DNA from: Porticoccus sp.
Lineage (GTDB): Bacteria; Pseudomonadota; Gammaproteobacteria; Pseudomonadales; Porticoccaceae
Length of the DNA stretch: 64,000 nt
Assembly: GCA_018066715.1 (NCBI GenBank)
Contig: JAGPWA010000099.1
Coordinates: 35,860 to 99,859, forward strand
Direction of reading: 5' to 3'
Shown: positions 57,165 to 64,000 of the stretch, piece by piece
How positions within the stretch are numbered: position 1 is the stretch's first letter
How the letters are laid out: each line of letters starts with the position of its first letter
Position numbers and translations under genes: made by a program
Notes under the pieces: model-generated
Told to the model about the DNA's origin: nothing
The model's database searches: none
Seen by the model: only the letters and a program-made list of their open reading frames with translations

Positions 57165-57356
57165 ATGGCAACTTACGAATGTTCGAAATGTGGAATGAGT
57201 GTGAATGCGACTTGTGGCAAGTGTGATGCGCCACTGGTTGATGACAGTTTAGAACTTGATGATGGTAGAAAAGTACAAATCTCAAAATGCCCCAATGATC
57301 ACGGAAAAATCAAATCACCCATGTGCTGTGGTGAGGATATGACCTGCTCTTTGTGA
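57165..57356 (+). CDS. Small Cys-rich, probably metal-binding protein (63 aa)
   Basis: The ATG at 57165 has an aaggaag SD. The sequence is MATYECSKCGMSVNATCGKCD ... CPNDHG ... MCCGEDMTC: two CxxC pairs plus four further Cys and one His. Confidence 0.5.
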   Translation: MATYECSKCGMSVNATCGKCDAPLVDDSLELDDGRKVQISKCPNDHGKIKSPMCCGEDMTCSL

Positions 57357-57371
57357 TGTTGTAGTTAAGTC

Positions 57372-57406
57372 GGATGCAGGTGCACTGTTCGGTGCCGCCT
57401 GTATCC
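57372..57406. terminator. Hairpin between the convergent Cys-rich ORF and rpiA
   Basis: ggatgcagg ... cctgtatcc (9 bp including one G-T pair) with an inner gcac/gtgc stem. There is no clear U tract on either strand. Confidence 0.35.
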
Positions 57407-57418
57407 AACACTATTTCA

Positions 57419-58108
57419 TCAATCTTTCGCGTAAACCGTTTTTACCCCGTCATCCGTTCCAATCATTAATACATCTGCTGGCCGTAGTGCGAATAACCCA
57501 TTAGTTACTACGCCGGTAATATTATTGATCTTTTCTTCCAGTTCGCGCGCTGGGCTGATGGGGCACATGTGGTGTACATCAATAATCACATTGCCGTTAT
57601 CGGTCACCACGCCTTCACGGTAAACCGGGTCACCCCCCAATTTAACCAACTCACGTGCTACATGGCTTCGTGCCATCGGGATAACCTCTACGGGTAGTGG
57701 GAAGGTACCTAAGTGATCGACCCACTTAGAGCCATCGGCAATACAGAGGAATTCTTTGGCCACAGCGGCGGTAATTTTTTCGCGGGTCAGTGCTGCGCCA
57801 CCGCCTTTAATCAATTCCAGGTGGGGGTTGGATTCATCGGCACCATCGACATAGATGGTGACTTCATCAACAGCATTCAGATCGTAGACAGGAATGCCAT
57901 GTGCTTTCAGGCGATCGGCTGAAGCTTCTGAGCTTGCAACGGTGCCCGCTATCTTGGCTTTGTGCTCTGCCAATAAATCGATAAAGAAGTTGGCGGTGGA
58001 ACCCGTACCAATACCGATAATACTCTGGTCATCTATCTTGTTTAGGGTGTATTCCACCGCAGCTTGGGCCACGGCTTTTTTGAGGGCATCTTGAGGGCTT
58101 AGGTTCAT
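57419..58108 (-). CDS. rpiA: Ribose-5-phosphate isomerase A
   Basis: [31 protein letters not shown]. Confidence 0.95.
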   Translation of the reverse strand: MNLSPQDALKKAVAQAAVEYTLNKIDDQSIIGIGTGSTANFFIDLLAEHKAKIAGTVASSEASADRLKAHGIPVYDLNAVDEVTIYVDGADESNPHLELIKGGGAALTREKITAAVAKEFLCIADGSKWVDHLGTFPLPVEVIPMARSHVARELVKLGGDPVYREGVVTDNGNVIIDVHHMCPISPARELEEKINNITGVVTNGLFALRPADVLMIGTDDGVKTVYAKD

Positions 58109-58286
58109 AGCGGACTCTTGATTAAGCGATTATATTTTTTGGTGGTGGCTGAATCGTTATAGGTTGATGGGATTATTATACGGATCGGTTTCCGAAAGGA
58201 CAGATAATGTGGATCAGTGCTGGCTTTGCGGACGGTGAAAATTTACTATTGGTCTTTAATAAACAAATCAAATAGTTAGAACAAAA

Positions 58287-59798
58287 ATGCCCCAGAGCTA
58301 CGTTAAACGAATTCTCAATGCCCGCATCTATGACTTGGTGGTGGAAACACCCATTGATAAGGCGGCCCAACTCTCCGAACGCATTGGCAATCAGGTATTG
58401 CTGAAGCGGGAAGACTTGCAGCCAGTTTTTTCATTTAAGTTACGCGGTGCGTATAACAAAATGCTGTCCCTGAGTAAGGAGCAGTTAGCCAAAGGCGTCG
58501 TGGCGGCTTCAGCAGGGAACCATGCTCAAGGATTGGCGATGTCGGCGCAAAAGATGGGGGTTAAAGCCACCATCGTGATGCCCAGTACCACACCACAAAT
58601 TAAAGTGAATGCGGTGAAAGCCCTTGGTGCCAAAGTGGTGTTGCGTGGAGACACTTACGATGAGGCCTCGGATTACGCACAAAAGCTGGTGGTCGAAAAG
58701 GGCATGACGTATGTTCACCCCTTTGATGATCCCGATGTGATTGCCGGTCAGGGCACTATTGCCATGGAAATTTTACGACAGGTTTCCGGTCCTTTGGACG
58801 CAGTATTTATTCCTGTGGGCGGCGGCGGTTTGTGTGCCGGGATGGCGGCCTATATCAAATATGTTCGTCCTGAGGTGAAGGTGATTGCCGTTGAGCCGGA
58901 TGATGCAGCCTGTTTGGCGGCAGCCCTAGAGGCGGGTCGTCGGGTACGGTTAAAGCATGTGGGTATCTTTGCTGATGGCACGGCTGTGGCCCAAATCGGT
59001 AAGGAAACATTCCGGGTGCTGAAAGATACTGTCGATGAGGTTATCACGGTATCGGCTGATGAAATCAGTGCTGCGATTAAGGATATTTTTGACGATACCC
59101 GTTCCATCTGTGAACCCTCGGGTGCATTGGGTGTGGCCGGTCTGAAAAAATATGTAGAGCGTAAGGGTGTGAAGGGCCAAACCCTGCTCGCCATTGATAG
59201 TGGTGCTAATATCAATTTCGATCGGCTCCGCTATATCTCCGAGCGCACGGAAATCGGTGAGAAACGAGAGGCTATTTTGGCCGTCACCATTCCTGAAAAG
59301 CCGGGTAGTTTTAAGAAGTTCTGTGCAGCACTCAGTAAGCGCAGTATCACCGAATTTAATTACCGCATGGGCGACCCCTCCCAGGCGCATATCTTTGTGG
59401 GCGTTCAAGTGATGTCCGACGAGGATCGTCATCAATTGGTGGCGGATCTTCAGGGTAAGGGTTATCCCTTAGTGGATATGACGGACAACGAAATCGCCAA
59501 ATTGCATATCCGTCATATGGTGGGTGGTCGTGCTGTTGAGGCCACGGATGAAGTGGTTTATCGGTTTGAATTCCCTGAGCGTCCGGGTGCGTTAATGCAG
59601 TTTTTGAACAAGCTGGGTGGTCGTTGGAATATTTCCATGTTCCATTATCGCAATCACGGTTCAGCTTATGGCCGTGTGTTGGCCGGTTTACAGGTGCCCA
59701 CTGGTGAGCGAAAGCAGGTGGCGAAGTTTCTCGATGATCTTGGTTATACCTGGTCAGAAGAGACAGATAATCCAGCCTATCAGGTATTTCTAAACTAG
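58287..59798 (+). CDS. ilvA: Biosynthetic threonine dehydratase
   Basis: PLP-lysine motif FSFKLRGAYN, SAGNHAQG, and two C-terminal ACT-like regulatory domains. Confidence 0.95.
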   Translation: MPQSYVKRILNARIYDLVVETPIDKAAQLSERIGNQVLLKREDLQPVFSFKLRGAYNKMLSLSKEQLAKGVVAASAGNHAQGLAMSAQKMGVKATIVMPSTTPQIKVNAVKALGAKVVLRGDTYDEASDYAQKLVVEKGMTYVHPFDDPDVIAGQGTIAMEILRQVSGPLDAVFIPVGGGGLCAGMAAYIKYVRPEVKVIAVEPDDAACLAAALEAGRRVRLKHVGIFADGTAVAQIGKETFRVLKDTVDEVITVSADEISAAIKDIFDDTRSICEPSGALGVAGLKKYVERKGVKGQTLLAIDSGANINFDRLRYISERTEIGEKREAILAVTIPEKPGSFKKFCAALSKRSITEFNYRMGDPSQAHIFVGVQVMSDEDRHQLVADLQGKGYPLVDMTDNEIAKLHIRHMVGGRAVEATDEVVYRFEFPERPGALMQFLNKLGGRWNISMFHYRNHGSAYGRVLAGLQVPTGERKQVAKFLDDLGYTWSEETDNPAYQVFLN

Positions 59799-59880
59799 AC
59801 CGCGCTCTATTCTGCGTGTTCTGTTGCGGAGAGCGGGGTAGAGGATTGGGTAAAGGCTTGAGTAAAGGAGAGCGGGGTAC

Positions 59881-60783
59881 ATGACTCAATCCTGGACTAT
59901 CAAGGATTTACTCGCTATTTCCCGTGCACCTTTTCTGGCACTGATTCCTGCGGTGTTATTTCCGGCCATGGTTCTGAGTTATCAATTAACCGGGCAGCTG
60001 GCCGTAGATCTATGCGTGTTGATTCTTCTTGCGGCATTGTCTGCTCATATCGCTGCTAATGCGCTCAATGAATACCAAGATTTCAACAGCGGTTTAGATG
60101 AAACCACCCACCGAACACCCTTTAGCGGTGGGAGTGGAACGCTACCGGCTAAACCCTGGCTCGCGTCATCGGCAAAGTGGTTGTTTGCTGTTACCTTTCT
60201 GGTGATGGTGGTTATTGGTGGTTACCTCAGTTGGCGGGTGGGTCGCGAGATTTTGCCACTCGGTATTCTCGGTGGACTGATTATTCTCGTCTATACCCGG
60301 TGGATTAATCGTATGCCCCTGGCTTGTCTTTTTGCTCCGGGCATTGGTTTTGGCTTGCTGATGGTGAATGGCACAGTTTTTCTGATGACGGGTGGCTTCT
60401 CTGTCGCCGCACAATATATTAGCTGGGTCGTGTTTTTTCTCTGCAATGGACTGCTGCTGTTAAATCAGATTCCCGATATCGAGGCAGACAAGGCTGTTGG
60501 GCGAAGGCACTTACCCATTTTATTGGGATTGCGCCCAACGGCATGGCTTTACCTACTGCTGTTGGTGGGTGCCTATGGCAGTCTGATTGTCGGGGAGAGG
60601 CTGGGTGCTTTACCGGCAACGACTCTGATCGCATTGGTCACTTTTCCTCTGGGGCTGCTGATTTGGCGGGGAGTGCTACGCAGTAGCGAGTATCCGGATG
60701 AGCTGGTGCCTGCACTGGGTAGGAATGTCCTGCTGGTATTGATAACCCCAGTGCTTGTGGGTGTGGGGTTAGCGTTAGGGTAA
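59881..60783 (+). CDS. UbiA-family prenyltransferase
   Basis: 300 aa with ~8-9 TM helices. The first Asp-rich motif is NALNEYQDFNSGLD and the second is DIEADKAVGRR. Confidence 0.78.
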   Translation: MTQSWTIKDLLAISRAPFLALIPAVLFPAMVLSYQLTGQLAVDLCVLILLAALSAHIAANALNEYQDFNSGLDETTHRTPFSGGSGTLPAKPWLASSAKWLFAVTFLVMVVIGGYLSWRVGREILPLGILGGLIILVYTRWINRMPLACLFAPGIGFGLLMVNGTVFLMTGGFSVAAQYISWVVFFLCNGLLLLNQIPDIEADKAVGRRHLPILLGLRPTAWLYLLLLVGAYGSLIVGERLGALPATTLIALVTFPLGLLIWRGVLRSSEYPDELVPALGRNVLLVLITPVLVGVGLALG

Positions 60784-60787
60784 CTTT

Positions 60788-62251
60788 TTAGTCTAACTTC
60801 AGATGATGGCGCATGAGCTGGTTGATATCCCGCTGGTCTATAAGGATCGGTACATCATCCAGTCCGGTGCCTTCCATATAAACGGGTACATTGTTACCTG
60901 TATGCATTTCCCACTGCCCTTGAGGCGATGAATTGGTGGCGTAATTTACCGCCATTAACTCGCCAGATAATGTCTTCAGTACAGCGTAGTGGCCGGTGGG
61001 GTATTGGGCCATGTGCACGGCTTCGCTCGCCGCTAGATAACTTTCCGGTAAGGGGACTATCTGTCCCGCCTGACCATGATCCGCAGTAACGATAATTAAC
61101 GTGTTCGAATGCTGTTGGTAAAACTGCCTGCCGATGGCGACGGCTTGATCAAAGGCTTGAAGCTCACCAATTTGGCCACAGGGGTTTCGTAGGTGCGCTT
61201 GTTTATCGATGGATGCTCCTTCCACCATCAGAAAAAATCCTTGGTTATTATTTTGGGTCAGCACCTGTAGCGCTTGTTCTGTCATTTCAGCCAACGTGGG
61301 CGTGCCGTTGTGATGAGGGTTTTTCTCACAGCTGAAAGGGGTGGGAAAAATAGCCTTGCCTTGCTCATCTGTGGTGATAAGTTCGGCGCGCCGATTGTTC
61401 TCACCTCGCCATTCGACGGGGAGGTGTCCATTGGCAAATAGCCCCAGCAGTTGACCAGTATTAACGGCAGACTGTAGCGAATTTGTGGTTGTAACTAGGC
61501 GTAGGCCATGACTTTGGGCTTTCTCCAGAATGTTGAGTCGGCTGTTATCTTGGTATTCTATCGGCTGGTTGAAAAGGGCCATACCTCCGCCCAGTAACAC
61601 GTCGATATTTGCTGTAGCGAGTTGCTCGGCAATAGAACCTAAGCCGCCATGTGCTTTTAGGTCAAGCGCACATTGCTGAGTTTTAGCTTGGATAGGATTG
61701 ATTTCCGCCATGTTTTTTGTGCTTTGGCAGTTTCGGTGTGAGGTGTGGGCAGCAAAGGCAGCGGGTGTGGCATCGGTCAGACTGGCGGTGGAGACAAGCC
61801 CTGTTCGATAACCCTTTTTCTGGGCCGCTTCTAGAATAGTTTCTTGGTCGACATCCTTTGCAGCACTGGTAGAAATTCGGCCCTTGCTGGTGAGTAGGCC
61901 GGTGGCCAATGTGCTGGCGGTATTGGCGCTATCGGCCACATAACGAAGCTGGTTGGGGTTGTCTTCACGCAGGGTGTGTACCTGAACAGAACTACGAACG
62001 GGCATCTGCTCCATCGCAAATGCGCCATCAGCCCCGTAGAGATAATTTCGTGCCATGGTAATTTGGTGTTCATCCATGCCGTCGCCAATAAACAAAATGA
62101 CGTTGGTAGAAGAGGTAGCTTTAGAGGGATGTTCGTCCTGAGCCGCATGGCTGAATACGGTGGTCAGGAGTAGGAGGGTGGCCGCTAAAATAGCGATCGC
62201 TTTCCTGCTAGCAAGGATGGCAACACGTAAATAGTGGGTTATCCCTACCAT
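60788..62251 (-). CDS. Alkaline phosphatase (PhoA family)
   Basis: Signal peptide, then metal ligands in FIGDGMD, the active-site Ser in VADSANTAST, TADHG and EMHTG. Confidence 0.85.
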   Translation of the reverse strand: MVGITHYLRVAILASRKAIAILAATLLLLTTVFSHAAQDEHPSKATSSTNVILFIGDGMDEHQITMARNYLYGADGAFAMEQMPVRSSVQVHTLREDNPNQLRYVADSANTASTLATGLLTSKGRISTSAAKDVDQETILEAAQKKGYRTGLVSTASLTDATPAAFAAHTSHRNCQSTKNMAEINPIQAKTQQCALDLKAHGGLGSIAEQLATANIDVLLGGGMALFNQPIEYQDNSRLNILEKAQSHGLRLVTTTNSLQSAVNTGQLLGLFANGHLPVEWRGENNRRAELITTDEQGKAIFPTPFSCEKNPHHNGTPTLAEMTEQALQVLTQNNNQGFFLMVEGASIDKQAHLRNPCGQIGELQAFDQAVAIGRQFYQQHSNTLIIVTADHGQAGQIVPLPESYLAASEAVHMAQYPTGHYAVLKTLSGELMAVNYATNSSPQGQWEMHTGNNVPVYMEGTGLDDVPILIDQRDINQLMRHHLKLD

Positions 62252-62270
62252 GCCGGAAAGCGTCCTGGTT

Positions 62271-63695
62271 TTATTCTTTACCGATGTTCAGTAGGTCACC
62301 CAACTGACGAATTTGAATGGCATCGATACCTGAACCAGCCAATGCATCAGAAATCACTACCAGTCGGTCTTCTGGGGAAAACTCAGGTCGCTCAATCATT
62401 ATTTTTGCGGCAGTGGCGAGTGTTTTTTCCGGGTCTTCACTGAAGTTGATACGGAAGCTCAAGACGTTGCGGTTGAGTACCAGTTGGCGGCGGGTTCGAC
62501 TGTCATTGGTGAAGGCACAGATAATCGGTGCCTGGGGGTGACAGTTGGTGACGTAGTTGGCCATTCGGCCGCGTCTAGTGGGTACGATAATGGCCTTGGC
62601 ATTGATGGATTCGGCCAGTTTTACTGCGGCCGCTGCAATTTCTTCCTTGTCGTTTTTCAGCTCAAGGTCTTTGGTAAATTGGAGGCCAGGGCTGTGCTCG
62701 ATGGAGTTAGCTATTCGAGATAGTATTTCTACACATTTTACCGGGTGCTTCCCAATGGTGGTTTCACCAGACAACATAATGGCATCGGCTTCTTCGTAAA
62801 CAGCATTGGCTACATCCGTTACTTCTGCTCGAGTAGGAATCGGGTTTTCAATCATGGATTCCAGCATGTGTGTGGCGACAATCACCCGTTTCCCTCGCTG
62901 GGCGCAAAGGCGAATAATTCGGCGCTGAACTCTGGGTAGTTTTTCAATGGCAATTTCTACACCGAGATCACCTCGTGCCACCATGACGCCATCGGATAGA
63001 TCAACAATCTCGCTGAGATTTTTAACGCCTTCTTGGTCTTCAATTTTGGAAATGATTTTAATCTTGTCGACTTTATCGCCCAATAGCTCGCGTAGCTGAT
63101 GGATATCTTCAGCTTCCCGTACAAAAGACAGGGCGATAAAGTCCACCTCTTGCTCGATGGAGAACAGGATGTCACGACGGTCTTTTTCGGTGATGGCAGG
63201 CAGATTGACGCGAATGCCGGGCAAATTAACGTGGCGTTTGCTTTTGAGCACGCCGCCATCAATCACCTTGCATTGCATAATGCGTTCTTCTTTGCTCAGA
63301 ATTTCCAAGTTGATCAGGCCGTTGTCCACGGTGATCATGTCACCTATCTGCACATCATTAATTAGGTCTTCGTAATTGATGCGAATGGAGCTGGCTTCCA
63401 CATCGTCTTCCCCGCGGGCAACCACCGAGATGATGTCGCCTTCTTTCAGGTTCAGGTCATGTTTAATGTCACCGGTACGTATTTCTGGTCCCTGTGTATC
63501 CATCAGGATAGCGATAGGGTGGGACTGCTTTTTGTTGAGCGTACGGACGGCCTTGATGACCTTGGCATGGGATGCATGATCACCGTGAGACATATTCAGA
63601 CGAACCACATTCATCCCAGCGGTAGCCAGTTTTTCTAGCATCTCGAATGATTCTGTAGCGGGGCCAATGGTGCAGATAATTTTGGTTTTACGCAT
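62271..63695 (-). CDS. pyk: Pyruvate kinase
   Basis: MRKTKIICTIGP, NMSHG, MVARGDLGVEI, ATHMLESM. Confidence 0.95.
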   Translation of the reverse strand: MRKTKIICTIGPATESFEMLEKLATAGMNVVRLNMSHGDHASHAKVIKAVRTLNKKQSHPIAILMDTQGPEIRTGDIKHDLNLKEGDIISVVARGEDDVEASSIRINYEDLINDVQIGDMITVDNGLINLEILSKEERIMQCKVIDGGVLKSKRHVNLPGIRVNLPAITEKDRRDILFSIEQEVDFIALSFVREAEDIHQLRELLGDKVDKIKIISKIEDQEGVKNLSEIVDLSDGVMVARGDLGVEIAIEKLPRVQRRIIRLCAQRGKRVIVATHMLESMIENPIPTRAEVTDVANAVYEEADAIMLSGETTIGKHPVKCVEILSRIANSIEHSPGLQFTKDLELKNDKEEIAAAAVKLAESINAKAIIVPTRRGRMANYVTNCHPQAPIICAFTNDSRTRRQLVLNRNVLSFRINFSEDPEKTLATAAKIMIERPEFSPEDRLVVISDALAGSGIDAIQIRQLGDLLNIGKE

Positions 63696-63715
63696 AAGTG
63701 GTGTTTCTTAAAGAG

Positions 63716-64000
63716 TTAACGGGTCTGAATAACATTACGCTCAGTGACAATAGCCTGCAGCGTAACGTCCCATGATTGGTGGTGAATACTATCAGTTTCT
63801 TGGCAACTTTGGGCTAACCCAATGAGCCGAGTGGCGCGTTGTTGTGTCGCCAGTGTGCGGTCATAAAAGCCGCCGCCCATGCCGAGTCGGTTGCCGTGTC
63901 GGTCAAATGCCACCAGTGGTAGCAAGATCAGGTCAAGCCCCAGTGGTGGAACAATATATCTACTACGCAGCAGTGGCTCCTTAATACCGAACCGGTTGAC
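63716..64000 (-). CDS. 5-formyltetrahydrofolate cyclo-ligase; 5' end beyond window
   Basis: The C-terminal region VAFDRHGNRLGMGGGFYDRTL matches the MTHFS family. The ORF stays open to the window edge. Confidence 0.7.
   Translation of the reverse strand, partial: VNRFGIKEPLLRSRYIVPPLGLDLILLPLVAFDRHGNRLGMGGGFYDRTLATQQRATRLIGLAQSCQETDSIHHQSWDVTLQAIVTERNVIQTR

Noticed and set aside
54243-57416. A complete integron or integrative element.
   Set aside because: No intI, tyrosine or serine recombinase, attI or tRNA gene is present in this region or elsewhere in the window. Only a cassette-like, integrase-less interpretation is retained as a hypothesis.
63716-64000. 6S RNA (ssrS), which usually precedes the 5-formyl-THF cyclo-ligase gene.
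   Set aside because: It would lie upstream of the gene's 5' end, beyond position 64000, so it cannot be assessed in this window.

Overview
The window looks like a chromosomal segment of a gammaproteobacterium. Gene order is Pseudomonas/Oceanospirillales-like: rsmD/ftsYEX-rpoH, metF-ahcY-metK-arsR-type regulator/tktA-epd-pgk-fba, serA/D-2-hydroxyacid dehydrogenase, srkA, rpiA/ilvA, pyk-phoA. All protein calls rest on motifs and family architecture read by eye from the supplied translations; no database search was run. Most of the window is ordinary core metabolism and cell-envelope housekeeping. I found no rRNA, tRNA or CRISPR array. Four visibly AT-richer accessory patches interrupt the core. 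(1) 10.85-14.75 kb is a ~3.8 kb islet bracketed by a 62-bp direct repeat of the dsbB leader. It carries an HUH/Y1 (RAYT-type) transposase with 20-bp inverted termini, a ~150-bp internally deleted miniature copy, solo and degenerate copies of the same terminus, an 8-strand-type OMP, a lipoprotein and a small membrane protein. (2) 23.1-33.2 kb holds a sigma-54-controlled acetone carboxylase cluster (acxR/acxABC) with a textbook -24/-12 promoter. It is followed by an orphan SecB-like chaperone with a basic instead of acidic tail, and by a gamma-glutamyltransferase interrupted by one in-frame TAA. (3) 44.3-45.9 kb holds two tandem paralogous lipoproteins of unknown family. (4) 54.2-57.4 kb lies downstream of srkA and is my best candidate for something undescribed. 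The srkA 3' end plus ~220 bp of downstream sequence is duplicated, and the copies bracket a single AT-rich gene for a 4-TM/coiled-coil membrane protein. A cassette-like run of small co-oriented orphan ORFs follows, with one attC-like folded element at an ORF boundary. No integrase or other recombinase is visible there.
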